From: a virus
IMG/VR virus record: IMGVR_UViG_3300037312_000927
Length of the DNA stretch: 64,000 nucleotides
Reading direction: 5' to 3' (one strand)
In this document: positions 9,702 through 19,930 of the stretch, in pieces
Numbering within the stretch: position 1 is the stretch's first letter
How the letters are laid out: every line of letters starts with the position of its first letter
The notes under the pieces: model-generated
Databases searched by the model: none
Seen by the model: only the letters and a program-made list of their open reading frames with translations
What the model was told of the DNA's origin: nothing
Made by a program: the position numbers and the translations under genes

Positions 9702-11443
9702 TGCAAATAAAATTTAACGTTCTAAAAGATCGGGTTCTCTTCATCAATGAGAACGCCACTGAATATAAGAATATGATGAAGTTCCCGGCCTTTCTTCGTG
9801 AAGGGCCGTACTTTTATGTGCCTGCGAAAATCCACGTCGTATACAACGTAGTATCCAGGCTACAGACTGCGTTCAAGAAGATTGCCATAGCTAAGGATGT
9901 GTTAGATTTCATGAATCAGGACATGAAGCTCAAGGCTTTGCCTGAGGATTTCAAGTACATTACTGAACCTATGAAGTCCCAAGAGATCGCTCTACGTTAT
10001 ATGTACACGGTGGGTAGTGGGGGATTACTCATGGATCCGGGCATGGGCAAATCCAAAGTGGCTCTGGATTATATAGCTTTGATGAAGTTCAAGCGTAGCA
10101 TTATCGCTTGTCCTAAACCTCTGTGTTTCGTGTGGGAGGACGAGGTTGCCAAGCACCGCCCTGACCTTACTATTCACGTATTTGAAACAACAGACTGGGA
10201 GAAAGAGTGGGAGAAGGCTAAGGACAAAGATATCATTTGTATGAATTATTCGAAGATCAGTCTACTGAAAGATCACCTTGCCAAAGAACAGTTTGACTTC
10301 ATTCATCTGGACGAGTTTCTGATCAAGGATCCCAGTACGGAAAGAACAAAGGATATTACGGCCCTGTCTAAACGTATCCCGTACCGTTGCGGGGGATCGG
10401 GTACTCTTATCAACAATTCAATCCTGGATGCGTTCGCTCCCATCAGGTTCTTGGAACCAGCTTTGGTTGGTTATAACTTTACACACTTTAAAGATCGACA
10501 TACCATTAAGAATCCTAAAGATCCAAGAATGGTTGTCAACTATTACAAACAAGACGAAGTCCGCAGCACACTTGAAAGTTGCTGCATCGTAATGACGAAA
10601 TCGGAATGGTTAGATTTGCCGAAAAAGAACTTTAAAGACATATACGTAAACCTAGGAGATGACCAACGAGACTTCTACTCAAGTCTGAGTCGTAACTATA
10701 TCTCTAGTATCAACGGCAAAGACGTTGAGGTAGACAATGCGTTGGTTATGATGTCCAAGTTATATCAGGTTTCGAACGGATTCATCTACGTAGGGGCTAA
10801 AACGGAAGAAGGCTCTGATGAGGTTTTAGACCTGATGGCTGAAGAGGGTAAGAAGAAAAAGAAGTCTCAGCGAACTACTGAGTTTTTCCAGAATCAACCA
10901 AAACTCGATGCCCTTATGAAAATCCTAAAAGAAGATGCTAAGGGTAAGCGGGGGATTATTTGGTTTAACTTTGCTGCAGAGTTTGAACTGATTAAAGCGG
11001 CATTGGAGAAGGACGGGTTTAAGTATCTAAGTATTCAAGGAGGCGACAAGAACATTGGTCAAAAGGTCCGGGAGTTTAACAACAACCCTAACTATAGCTG
11101 GTTGGTGTGTCAGGCTAAGAGTGTAAATTACGGTATCACAGTCCTTGGTACGTCTATGGAGAAATTGGAGAATAGTGACTTTGAGATCTTCCCGGATATG
11201 ACGCCCGAAGTTCATACCGAGATTTTCTACTCTTGTAACTTCTCCCTGGAAGTGTATTTGCAGCAGCAAGACCGTATCCACCGGATCGGCCAGAAGCACA
11301 ACTGTGATTACTACCGTATATTTGCCAACACGAATGTTGAGCAACAGATACGCAAGGCGTTGGACGAGAAGCTGACAATTAGAAAAGAGATGCTTATCGA
11401 TATTGCTGAGAAACTTAAAGAAACACCGGATTTTGCGGTATAA
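9701..11443 (+). CDS. SNF2-family (SF2) helicase/ATPase
   Basis: Motif I MDPGMGKS, motif II HLDE, SGTLINNS, motif VI QQQDRIHRIGQ. Confidence 0.9.
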   Translation: MQIKFNVLKDRVLFINENATEYKNMMKFPAFLREGPYFYVPAKIHVVYNVVSRLQTAFKKIAIAKDVLDFMNQDMKLKALPEDFKYITEPMKSQEIALRYMYTVGSGGLLMDPGMGKSKVALDYIALMKFKRSIIACPKPLCFVWEDEVAKHRPDLTIHVFETTDWEKEWEKAKDKDIICMNYSKISLLKDHLAKEQFDFIHLDEFLIKDPSTERTKDITALSKRIPYRCGGSGTLINNSILDAFAPIRFLEPALVGYNFTHFKDRHTIKNPKDPRMVVNYYKQDEVRSTLESCCIVMTKSEWLDLPKKNFKDIYVNLGDDQRDFYSSLSRNYISSINGKDVEVDNALVMMSKLYQVSNGFIYVGAKTEEGSDEVLDLMAEEGKKKKKSQRTTEFFQNQPKLDALMKILKEDAKGKRGIIWFNFAAEFELIKAALEKDGFKYLSIQGGDKNIGQKVREFNNNPNYSWLVCQAKSVNYGITVLGTSMEKLENSDFEIFPDMTPEVHTEIFYSCNFSLEVYLQQQDRIHRIGQKHNCDYYRIFANTNVEQQIRKALDEKLTIRKEMLIDIAEKLKETPDFAV

Positions 11444-11494
11444 GGTTTACGTATACAAAATGTATACGCTTTTTTCGTTAAATAAGGAAATGTA

Positions 11495-11686
11495 ATGTTT
11501 CATAATCTCACCCCTCTCAAGATTCTGATCTTGTTCGTACTCGCACTACTGGCCTCGCTGGGCGTCTTCGTCGTCCTGAAGATCTTCCTGGCCCTCGGCA
11601 TTGCGTTCATCATCGGTCTGACCACAGGTGCGTTCTTCACCACCGTGTACTTCCTCCGTAAGAAGAAAAGTGGACGTTTCGGCTGA
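11495..11686 (+). CDS. Small two-TM membrane protein
   Basis: Two hydrophobic helices, basic C-tail, SD AAGGA. Confidence 0.75.
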   Translation: MFHNLTPLKILILFVLALLASLGVFVVLKIFLALGIAFIIGLTTGAFFTTVYFLRKKKSGRFG

Positions 11687-11816
11687 TGACCTACTTGGGC
11701 TGCTATTCTGGATAGCGGCCTTTTTCATTGTTCTGTACGTTCTAGCAATCCGGGTAACTTCTCAGAGGAAACGGATTGATAAGGAGACAGGATGTACAGA
11801 AGTTGAGGTTAAATAA
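11670..11816 (+). CDS. Small membrane protein
   Basis: GTG start overlapping previous gene; one TM helix. Confidence 0.5.
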   Translation: MDVSADDLLGLLFWIAAFFIVLYVLAIRVTSQRKRIDKETGCTEVEVK

Positions 11817-11827
11817 CTCTTCCGTAA

Positions 11828-11838
11828 TTTGGTATAAG
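11828..11838 (+). promoter_or_regulatory. Phage promoter motif TTTGGTATAAG
   Basis: Recurrent intergenic motif. Confidence 0.75.
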
Positions 11839-11907
11839 AAAAGTGCCTAGATAATATAGGCGTTATTTTCTATAACTAAATACCCGCCCAGGGACTGAAG
11901 GATTATT

Positions 11908-12114
11908 ATGGCCATCGACTGCACCGGTTGCAAAAACAAAATGAATTCCATGAGCCAAGGGTATTGCACCCATTTTGCCATGGCACCTCAACTCGACTCG
12001 TGTGAACTGCACAGCGAGAAACAAGCAGCTGCAAACGCTGCTGAACCGTCGGGTTCGTACATCTGGCTCGGAGAAGTACGTTCCGTCGACGGCATTACCC
12101 ACATGTCCATTTAA
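11908..12114 (+). CDS. Small Cys-containing hypothetical protein
   Basis: SD AAGGA; CxxC...C...C. Confidence 0.7.
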   Translation: MAIDCTGCKNKMNSMSQGYCTHFAMAPQLDSCELHSEKQAAANAAEPSGSYIWLGEVRSVDGITHMSI

Positions 12115-12132
12115 AAACAAGGATACTCACCC

Positions 12133-12873
12133 ATGTCTCATTCCTCCATGACCTCCGCCCAAGCTGAACTGGCTTCGAAACGCATCGAAACTGCCGTTAA
12201 CGGTTTCCAGGAGAAATTTGAAAAGAAGAACGGCCGCAAAGCTACCGGTGAAGAAATCGCCGCTTTCGCTGGCGTGGTAACTGGTGCCATTACCAATTCG
12301 ATCACGTCTACCACGAAGTCGGCCGATGACAAGGCCGAACGCGCCGTACGTACCCAGAACGTCCTGGCAGCCGCCAAGGCCGCTGGCGGCGTCAAGTTCT
12401 TCCACCGGCGGGAGCATGACGCGATCGACCACGTCGTCTCCATCGAGAAGATCACCGACCGCATCTACGAAGAAATCGTTAATGTCGAAATCGTCAATGC
12501 GACGCTCGGCGGCCAGACCTTCGCCTACAAGTACGTTCTGGACGAGAACAACGACCTGTTCATGGTCTACACGACGGCCTTCTGCCGCAACGATGAACCG
12601 TTCGATCCGCTGATCGGTATGGAGATCGCTCTGGATAAATTCCAGAACGGCCTGACTTTCCAAACCCCGATTCAGCACGAACGCTTCGGCCAGGTCAAGC
12701 TGACCCAACTGGCTAAGAAGTACAAGTCCGTCGAGAATTTCCGGAGTGCACCAGAAGCCTGGCGTTCGGCTAACCGTCAAGCCCTGGATTCCGTTTTCGG
12801 TGCAGGCGAATCAGCCGAAGCCCCGGCAGCGGCTATCGTCGTCTTCGACGAAGCAGATAAAACCACCGCGTAA
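12133..12873 (+). CDS. Hypothetical protein
   Basis: 246 aa, SD AAGGA, strongly biased GC-rich codons. Confidence 0.85.
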   Translation: MSHSSMTSAQAELASKRIETAVNGFQEKFEKKNGRKATGEEIAAFAGVVTGAITNSITSTTKSADDKAERAVRTQNVLAAAKAAGGVKFFHRREHDAIDHVVSIEKITDRIYEEIVNVEIVNATLGGQTFAYKYVLDENNDLFMVYTTAFCRNDEPFDPLIGMEIALDKFQNGLTFQTPIQHERFGQVKLTQLAKKYKSVENFRSAPEAWRSANRQALDSVFGAGESAEAPAAAIVVFDEADKTTA

Positions 12874-12904
12874 ATCCAACCCATTATAAGAAGGGAATAT
12901 TAGT

Positions 12905-13255
12905 ATGAAAACCATCGAACAAATCTTCCTGTTTTTCCTCAACAGCATCAAGGCCTTCTGTGGCGTCAAGAGTGACTACGACCCCACCGTCTCGGTACCT
13001 CCTGCTCGTGTCGTCGACAAGCAGGAGGCGGTTCCGATGGATCGTACGAAGATTCCTTTCACGATCACGGGTCACGACGAAGAGCTAATTAAGCGTGCTG
13101 AAAAGCTTTTCTCTGACGATGTGGTCCGTCTCAAATGGATCCTGGCTGTAAAGGAGGTACGCAAGACGCCGACGGGTTGGATCCTCGATTCCGCTCGTGC
13201 TAAGAATCCCCGTGCAAAATGGGGAGTCCCAGGCGCCTATGGTGTTCCAGCATAA
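12905..13255 (+). CDS. Hypothetical protein
   Basis: 116 aa, SD AAGGGA. Confidence 0.75.
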   Translation: MKTIEQIFLFFLNSIKAFCGVKSDYDPTVSVPPARVVDKQEAVPMDRTKIPFTITGHDEELIKRAEKLFSDDVVRLKWILAVKEVRKTPTGWILDSARAKNPRAKWGVPGAYGVPA

Positions 13256-13297
13256 AACTTGCTTTAATTAGTAGGTTGAGCTAAAATTAAAAGATGA

Positions 13298-13330
13298 AGG
13301 GCCAGGTAGTAATATCTGGCCTTTTATTTT
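13298..13330 (+). terminator. Rho-independent terminator
   Basis: GGCCAGG/TCTGGCC stem plus T tract. Confidence 0.75.
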
Positions 13331-13352
13331 TTAACCATATAAGGAGAATGAT

Positions 13353-14018
13353 ATGATCAGTTCATCGATCAAAAAGCTATTCCGACGATGTTTGTTAACA
13401 GTAGTGTGCAGCCTGGCAACTCTCACTGCGAATGCTCAACAAATGCCCTCGTTCCAAACTTCCCCGGAACGAAGCGTCCAAAATCAGTACGAGGTTCATC
13501 ACGAACCTTTACCTCAAGTAGAACTTCCTCTGCTTCAAAGCCTTAACTTAGAAGTGAAAGATAAGGACTCCGTTTCGGAAACCACCGAAGAGGAATTTCG
13601 TCTAGCTGTGTATATCGCAGAAAAGTTCGAGATTACCTTAAGGGCTGCTCTGGAAATCATCAAACTGGCTACAGAGCATGCCGACGAAGATTTTCCAAAA
13701 CGTAACGATATCCTGGCACTCATCGCAGTAGAGTCTCGGTACAATGTCAGGGCCAAGTTTAAGGGATGTTTCGGGTTGATGCAGATTAACCTCAAAGCTC
13801 ATTCGAAACTTCTTAAACGCCGAAACCCGTTAAACCCTTCAGTCAACATTGAAGTGGGTTCTATCACCCTTCGTGAGTATTACGAATCTTTGGGAAAGAG
13901 TTCTAAGGCTGCAGTCCTTAGTTTTAACGCTGGTATCGGTAGTTACTTGAAGCGGAAATACAACAAGGAGTACTACGTCAAATACCGAGAGGAACTCAAA
14001 AACCTCTCTCGCCTGTAA
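13353..14018 (+). CDS. Lytic transglycosylase (SLT domain)
   Basis: IAVESRYN catalytic Glu, CFGLMQIN, NIEVGSITL, SFNAG motifs; hydrophobic N-terminal signal. Confidence 0.9.
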   Translation: MISSSIKKLFRRCLLTVVCSLATLTANAQQMPSFQTSPERSVQNQYEVHHEPLPQVELPLLQSLNLEVKDKDSVSETTEEEFRLAVYIAEKFEITLRAALEIIKLATEHADEDFPKRNDILALIAVESRYNVRAKFKGCFGLMQINLKAHSKLLKRRNPLNPSVNIEVGSITLREYYESLGKSSKAAVLSFNAGIGSYLKRKYNKEYYVKYREELKNLSRL

Positions 14019-14070
14019 GGGCTAAGCCGGGTTCATACCGGCTTTTTTTAGGTAAATTAAAGGGGTATCT

Positions 14071-14081
14071 TTTGGTATAAG
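14071..14081 (+). promoter_or_regulatory. Phage promoter motif TTTGGTATAAG
   Basis: Recurrent motif just after a terminator. Confidence 0.75.
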
Positions 14082-14142
14082 AAAAGTATGGAACACAGTT
14101 ATGATGTTCCTTTACTTATAATCGAAACTAAGGAAACTGAAA

Positions 14143-14343
14143 ATGCAAACCTACACCCAGGGTAACAACTCCAGCGTTCGTATCAATAAAGGCGATTTAA
14201 TCATTGCGATTATTGCTGTAGTCCTGTTCGCCGTAGTGGCAACGATGGTAATCAATCAATTAACGCTGCCGAATTCATGTTTGGAGTTCGGCGGTATGTT
14301 CCATAAAGACTTGGGTAGCTTGGCCTGTTCGACTCCCCACTAA
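14143..14343 (+). CDS. Small single-TM protein
   Basis: SD AAGGA; TM helix. Confidence 0.7.
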   Translation: MQTYTQGNNSSVRINKGDLIIAIIAVVLFAVVATMVINQLTLPNSCLEFGGMFHKDLGSLACSTPH

Positions 14344-14360
14344 CTTCGAAAGGGCAATCC

Positions 14361-14492
14361 ATGGCCGGAGTAATACTTACTGTACTGGGCATCGGGATAG
14401 GGATTCTGCTTGGCGGAACCGTTGCTATTTGTGTAGTTGTAGGAGTCGTTAAAGGAATCATTGAAATAGTCATCGATCTCTTTACAGATTAA
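14361..14492 (+). CDS. Small hydrophobic protein
   Basis: 43-aa ORF (MAGVILTVLGIGIGILL...), below ORF-track cutoff. Confidence 0.55.
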   Translation: MAGVILTVLGIGIGILLGGTVAICVVVGVVKGIIEIVIDLFTD

Positions 14493-14538
14493 CCGAAGGG
14501 CCTTGATTTCCAAGGCCTTTTTTATTTAGATAACAGAC

Positions 14539-15312
14539 ATGGAATCTGATACAGAAGAACTAGATCCAGTGACGGCAGAGCTCGTCAGAAGATGTTCGGT
14601 AGACTGGGGTGAAGCTCCCCACTATAATGAGGAGTATCGAAAGATACGTTGGCCGGGAGTTAAGTTTAAAAACGAGGATGGGTCCAAACGAGAAGTATAC
14701 GACAAGCGGCCTCTATGGTTGATAGAAGTTATTGCCGACAAGAGAGCTAAGAACCGAGGTGCATGGAATCCAGACAGAACTTGGAGATCGCTTATTGGAG
14801 ATCTCAAGTTCTGCATGCGAGAGAACATACCTATAAAAACTAACAGCTTTGAATATCAACCCAGTACCCAGTGGCTACTACTTAAGGGTAAGCGGTTTTT
14901 GAAGTACGATATTTATTCAGGCTTCCTTACCCACTTCTCTTTAGGAGGGAGGTATGATAAGCTCACGTCATACATGCTTAGGAAGTTCGGTATTAGGGTA
15001 AAGCTTCATGGTAAGGAGATCAGGTGGGATCTGGCATACCGACCGGGACGTATTATACCTGAACAGTGGATTCCAATAAACATATACGCAGAATATGAAC
15101 TCTTCGTATTGCACGCAGGCCGGCCTTATGAATTTCTTATAAGAAGAGATAGGCAGCCTATACGTAGCCGGCCCGGTGCTGCACCTGGGGCAAGACATGT
15201 ACAAGCAACAAACGCCGGGCCCGAGACACAAGCCGTGACAGACCCTGGACCTGCTCCGATCACCCGTGCTGACATACAAAGATTTATCAATGGACGCTTA
15301 AATCATGATTAA
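14539..15312 (+). CDS. Hypothetical protein
   Basis: 257-aa basic/aromatic ORF. Confidence 0.7.
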   Translation: MESDTEELDPVTAELVRRCSVDWGEAPHYNEEYRKIRWPGVKFKNEDGSKREVYDKRPLWLIEVIADKRAKNRGAWNPDRTWRSLIGDLKFCMRENIPIKTNSFEYQPSTQWLLLKGKRFLKYDIYSGFLTHFSLGGRYDKLTSYMLRKFGIRVKLHGKEIRWDLAYRPGRIIPEQWIPINIYAEYELFVLHAGRPYEFLIRRDRQPIRSRPGAAPGARHVQATNAGPETQAVTDPGPAPITRADIQRFINGRLNHD

Positions 15313-15829
15313 AAATATCGACTTAGAATTTCTCACTCAGTATCAACATACCAATAAGCTTCTTATTAAGGGTATCGAAAGCCACTTTGATACCATCACG
15401 GCTCATACCGGAGTGATCAACTCTTACCTCACAGCTTTGATGGGTCCATTCATCATTCAGAGTGTTAACCCTAACTTGAAGGTGGACCGTGAAGTAGTCA
15501 TGTCGAAGTTGCGAGTGGTACTTGACCACATCCTGGCTTTGTGCGAAGCTTGCTCTTACGACCTGCCCAACGAGGAGGCCTTTGCAGAGTTTGATGCGGT
15601 GATGCCTCAAAACGTAAAGAAGGACTTGATCCTCACCACGTCTGATATGATCGGTTGTAATATGGATCTCCTTCAGATCGTCCATGTGGATATGGAAGGT
15701 TCGGCCATCTGGTCGGAACAAGAACCTCCTGAAGACTTTGTATCTGACATTATTTCGTTAATTAATGGTATAAAGAACATAGGGCTCAAGTATTCCTTCA
15801 CTGTAGGGGACTTGTTGACCGAAGTCTAA
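15305..15829 (+). CDS. Hypothetical protein
   Basis: 174-aa acidic helical ORF overlapping previous stop. Confidence 0.75.
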   Translation: MIKNIDLEFLTQYQHTNKLLIKGIESHFDTITAHTGVINSYLTALMGPFIIQSVNPNLKVDREVVMSKLRVVLDHILALCEACSYDLPNEEAFAEFDAVMPQNVKKDLILTTSDMIGCNMDLLQIVHVDMEGSAIWSEQEPPEDFVSDIISLINGIKNIGLKYSFTVGDLLTEV

Positions 15830-15883
15830 CGTAAGGGCGAAAGCCCTTTTTTAATTTGGTGAAACAGCCAGGAAAGGTAGTAA

Positions 15884-17515
15884 ATGTATAATGGTAATTT
15901 GATCGATTTCTTCCCAGTGACCGAATATATCACTGGCCCCCGTTCTAACCAGACGGCGGTCATGAATGAGGTCGATAAGGTAATTAAAGAGGGTAAGAAG
16001 AAGATCATCCTCATCGAAGGCCCCGTTGGTTGCGGCAAAAGTGCAATGGCTATTACCTTGGCACGAGCCTTCGAACAAGCCCATGTCATTACTCCTCGTA
16101 AGAGTCTCCAAGACCAGTATTACGAGGACTTCAAAGACCATATCGTCCTTATGAAAGGTCGAGGTGCGTATCCTTGTACTATCTCGGATTCAAGAGCCAG
16201 GTACGTCAAGGTTGTCCGGGATATCAAAGCTGGGCGTGTGAACGCTCCTAGGATCGACGAGATGAACTGCGGCAGTGCTCCATGTCGCAACTCCCCAGAT
16301 ACTTATAATGCTTGTGTGAACGATAAAGGCCCGTGCCCATATACGATAGCAATGGAGACGGCTCAGGACAACGGAATCGTCATCCACAACCTTCACTCGT
16401 TCATCTTCCAGACCAACTTTGCTAACAAGTTCGAGCAGCGAAAGCTGTTAATCGTTGATGAGGCTCACGAAATCGAAGGCATCGTCCGAGAATTCATCAG
16501 TAAGAAAATCACAGTTAACCGTACGGTTGCCAAAGAAAAACAGCCCGAAGACAACGACGTTGAAAAATGGTGCGACTTCCTGTTGACCCCGGAATTTGTA
16601 CCGATGGAAACGATGGCGGATCAGATTAATAAACAAAAGGATAAAAACTACCAAAGCTCCAGGGATCAGTACATCGCCAAGATCCAGCTTCTCCGTGCAC
16701 AGCAAGAATTCTATAAGGATAAGTACATTATCCGTCGCACTTATAATCGTGTCGGCGAACGTATCATCAGCACGAGCTTTGAGTTTATCCCGGAAAAGCT
16801 CGGTAATGCTGCGACGGATTTGATTCTCAACAAAGGTGAATACGTTGTCCTCATGAGCGGTACGATCTATGGTAAGGATGTGTTCTGCAAGAACCTGGGT
16901 ATTAATCCGGAAGAGGCACACTACATCCGTATCCCGTCGACGTTCCCGGCGAAGAACCGTCCAATTATCGCCAAGCCGGAATATCAGGTTGATACTTCGT
17001 TTGCGAATTGGAACGAGAACTTCGAAGAGATGTTAGGTAAGATCGGCAAAGTCATGGACATTTTCCACGACGCTAAAGGCCTGATACACGCCCCTTCTTA
17101 TGAAGCTGCAGAGCAGATAGTCAGCAGAATGGGTGGTCGCCTCATGACTCATGGTAAGGGCGATATGCAGGAAAAGCTGCAGATGTTCTATGACAGCGAC
17201 GAGCCTCTGGTCTTCGTTAGTCCGGTATGTCAGCAGGGCGTGGACTTTAAAGGTGACCGGGCTCGGTTCCAGATTATCCTCCGAGTCCCTTACGCCAACA
17301 CCTCCGACGCCTTCGTAAACCATAAAGTTCAGACGGACTTTCAATGGTATAACTACCAGGCGTTGGTGGTGTGGGGTCAACAAATCGGCCGGGTTAATCG
17401 ATCTGAAGACGACTACGGTGCGACGTTCTTGATGGATAGTCGCTTTAACAAGTTCATCCATCGTAACTCTGGTAAAATCCCTAAGTGGGTTCAATCAGCT
17501 ATTATTTGGAAATAG
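15884..17515 (+). CDS. DinG/XPD(Rad3)-like SF2 helicase
   Basis: EGPVGCGKS, KGRGAYPC, Cys cluster, IVDEAH, QGVDFKGD, QQIGRVNRSEDDYG. Confidence 0.9.
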   Translation: MYNGNLIDFFPVTEYITGPRSNQTAVMNEVDKVIKEGKKKIILIEGPVGCGKSAMAITLARAFEQAHVITPRKSLQDQYYEDFKDHIVLMKGRGAYPCTISDSRARYVKVVRDIKAGRVNAPRIDEMNCGSAPCRNSPDTYNACVNDKGPCPYTIAMETAQDNGIVIHNLHSFIFQTNFANKFEQRKLLIVDEAHEIEGIVREFISKKITVNRTVAKEKQPEDNDVEKWCDFLLTPEFVPMETMADQINKQKDKNYQSSRDQYIAKIQLLRAQQEFYKDKYIIRRTYNRVGERIISTSFEFIPEKLGNAATDLILNKGEYVVLMSGTIYGKDVFCKNLGINPEEAHYIRIPSTFPAKNRPIIAKPEYQVDTSFANWNENFEEMLGKIGKVMDIFHDAKGLIHAPSYEAAEQIVSRMGGRLMTHGKGDMQEKLQMFYDSDEPLVFVSPVCQQGVDFKGDRARFQIILRVPYANTSDAFVNHKVQTDFQWYNYQALVVWGQQIGRVNRSEDDYGATFLMDSRFNKFIHRNSGKIPKWVQSAIIWK

Positions 17516-17516
17516 T

Positions 17517-17795
17517 ATGACTATACTAAACATGTATTTTTTACTGGTAATTGCATCATTTATCTCTATCCAACTTTGGTTCTACGTAGATCCTAGCCTG
17601 GGTAGAAAGATAACTGTAACCACTATAATTCTCGGATTTATAGGGGCAATTATACCCGTTATTAATATAGCATTACTAATAGGTGGGATATGCGAATTTG
17701 TGGAAAATATTCAAGTTTTTAACATCTGGAAATTTATAGAGAATCTACTAGATAAATACGATAAAATTGTACTTTTTGAAAACAAAAGGAATTAA
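17517..17795 (+). CDS. Membrane protein
   Basis: Two hydrophobic helices. Confidence 0.65.
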   Translation: MTILNMYFLLVIASFISIQLWFYVDPSLGRKITVTTIILGFIGAIIPVINIALLIGGICEFVENIQVFNIWKFIENLLDKYDKIVLFENKRN

Positions 17796-18016
17796 TGAGC
17801 TTCTTCTACTACCAAACAGGGCCGCAAGGCCCTGAGAAACCTAAAGGGTCTTCTATGAAATTTGAACGAGATGGATTTACTATTAACGGCAGCGATCTTA
17901 TCAAAGTTGTAGCAGATAATCCTGAGATTAAAGAGGGAAGAGTTGATAAGGGGTTCGGACCTACGGGACATTGGATCCCTTGTAACTACAATCCGGAGAC
18001 GGGAGAGGTTGTATGA
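17795..18016 (+). CDS. Hypothetical protein
   Basis: SD AAGGA, coupled overlaps. Confidence 0.7.
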   Translation: MSFFYYQTGPQGPEKPKGSSMKFERDGFTINGSDLIKVVADNPEIKEGRVDKGFGPTGHWIPCNYNPETGEVV

Positions 18017-18228
18017 ACTATGATTTGGTGTTTTGTTACATTGTATCCTTCGCCTTATCTGCAATAATATGGCCACCCGTTTATTTAAAACTGGAAGGAT
18101 TTTCGCCAGATAATGCTAACCGCACCTGGATTGGCTTAGTATCGGTACTACCTATCCTTAACTCCATGAGTGCAGCTTTGGCTGTGGCTATTCTTTTAGG
18201 GTATTCAATTAAAAAGGATTCTAAATGA
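18013..18228 (+). CDS. Membrane protein
   Basis: ATGA overlap; two TM helices. Confidence 0.65.
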   Translation: MNYDLVFCYIVSFALSAIIWPPVYLKLEGFSPDNANRTWIGLVSVLPILNSMSAALAVAILLGYSIKKDSK

Positions 18229-18497
18229 TTAATTGGCTTACTTTTTGGTACCTATATGTATTAGGGTTCACTTTGTGTCTCCTGGTTATGCCGAAGGCTT
18301 ATGCATACGAAAGTGGCAAGTACTGCCCGGTAACCTGGAGAATCCTATTAGTATTTACAGGCATAGGACTTATTCCTTACATAAATCTTGTAGTATCAGT
18401 ACTAGGAATAGCCTGCCTTTCATGGGATATACTTTGGGATTGGCTGGGGTCCGATTGGCTGGATAAACCTATCTTTGGAAAACAAAAGAACAGCTAG
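18225..18497 (+). CDS. Membrane protein
   Basis: ATGA overlap; TM helices; resembles 17517 and 18013 ORFs. Confidence 0.65.
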   Translation: MINWLTFWYLYVLGFTLCLLVMPKAYAYESGKYCPVTWRILLVFTGIGLIPYINLVVSVLGIACLSWDILWDWLGSDWLDKPIFGKQKNS

Positions 18498-18530
18498 AAA
18501 AAGATCTAAAGTTTAAACATTGGAGATAAT

Positions 18531-18992
18531 TTGAACCAAGATCAACTACGTAAAGCTATGAACCATGCTAAGTTCATAGCTAATACTTATAGTAAAGATC
18601 AGAGTACTAAAGTAGGTGCTCTGATCCTAGGTCCTGATGGGGAACCGCTTTCCTGGGGATACAATGGTTTCCCTAGAGGGGCGGACGATAATAACCAAGA
18701 GAGGCATGGACGTCCTCTTAAATACTTATGGTCTGAACATGCGGAACGTAACGCCATCTTTAACGCTGCGAGATGTGGTCACAAGCTTAGTGGCTCTTCC
18801 ATTTTTATTTACGGGCTGTGTCCTTGTCCTGATTGTTCACGGGGCATTATACAATCTGGTATCATTCGGACATACCTTGATATCGATTCCTTCAACCCTG
18901 AAAACCCTCGTGTCAAAGCTTGGGAAGAATCCTGGAAAGTAAGTAAGGAGATGTTAAATGAATGTGGCGTTGAAACAATTATCGTCGAGTAA
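18531..18992 (+). CDS. dCMP deaminase
   Basis: SKDQSTKVGA, GYNG, HAERNAI, PCPDC zinc motifs. Confidence 0.92.
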   Translation: MNQDQLRKAMNHAKFIANTYSKDQSTKVGALILGPDGEPLSWGYNGFPRGADDNNQERHGRPLKYLWSEHAERNAIFNAARCGHKLSGSSIFIYGLCPCPDCSRGIIQSGIIRTYLDIDSFNPENPRVKAWEESWKVSKEMLNECGVETIIVE

Positions 18993-19146
18993 GCCTGTTA
19001 TAAAACTCATTACTAGATCTCCTCGTGGAGACCTTGAAATGTGGGTATGTCGAGATAAAGATGCGACGGGTTTTGGTCTGAGTCCAGAGAAAGCCTTTAC
19101 GGAATATAATATCTGGAAGCGTCTAAATTCCCTTATTCAAAAATAA
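18958..19146 (+). CDS. Hypothetical protein
   Basis: 62-aa ORF with AAGGAG SD. Confidence 0.55.
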   Translation: MNVALKQLSSSKPVIKLITRSPRGDLEMWVCRDKDATGFGLSPEKAFTEYNIWKRLNSLIQK

Positions 19147-19154
19147 CCTCTGAT

Positions 19155-19165
19155 TTTGGTATAAG
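19155..19165 (+). promoter_or_regulatory. Phage promoter motif TTTGGTATAAG
   Basis: Recurrent intergenic motif. Confidence 0.75.
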
Positions 19166-19302
19166 AGAAATAGATCGATAAGATCTACCTTTTCATCGCT
19201 AATCAAGCCCGACTTCGGTCGGGTTTTGTATTTCTACTGCCGGGCTTTTAGCTCAGCGGGAGAGAAGGTTCAACCATAACTTTATTAAGAATAGGAGTAG
19301 TA

Positions 19303-19776
19303 ATGACCCACCCGCATAAAGAACGGATCCCCGCTGTGGCGACCCAAGTTCAGCAGGCGTCGGCAGTAGAAAAGACCGAGGCAAAACATCGCACCCTGCG
19401 TGAACGCCGCAAGGCTAAACGTGAAGGTATCAAAGTCTCTAAGTCGACTGCGTTCCTCCGTCGCCGTAAAGTGGCGGAGCAGGAGCAACAAAGGGCAGAG
19501 GGCGTTTACGTACAGCGTGAACAGAACCCCGAGCTGAAGGTGTTTGAAGATCCGCCTGTCATGAGTCTCAGCCAATTGATGGAGGAGATCTCGGATGAAG
19601 AAGCGGCAGCAGGACTTACCGCACTCGAAATGCATAACTTCGAGCGTTCACAGAGTCCTGAGGGGGATGAAAATCTCACTCTGGAATTCTGGGCCAATCA
19701 GGGTCTTTCCCAGAACTCGTTCAGCAACAGTCTGGGTTATTCTCGTCGTTCGACCGTCGACTCGGTCTCCCTGTAA
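19303..19776 (+). CDS. Hypothetical protein (basic N-half, acidic C-half)
   Basis: SD AGGAG; 157 aa. Confidence 0.75.
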   Translation: MTHPHKERIPAVATQVQQASAVEKTEAKHRTLRERRKAKREGIKVSKSTAFLRRRKVAEQEQQRAEGVYVQREQNPELKVFEDPPVMSLSQLMEEISDEEAAAGLTALEMHNFERSQSPEGDENLTLEFWANQGLSQNSFSNSLGYSRRSTVDSVSL

Positions 19777-19930
19777 TAAAGTATCACTAGGTATTTACAA
19801 AATGTTTAATAGTTCACTGGATATGTGGAATTGGGATCACTGGCCTGGTACTAGCCGTCCGACCACCCCACCCACGTCCAAGTAAAGTAAACACTACTCT
19901 ACAGTGAACAATTCGTTGCAGTAAAAGGTC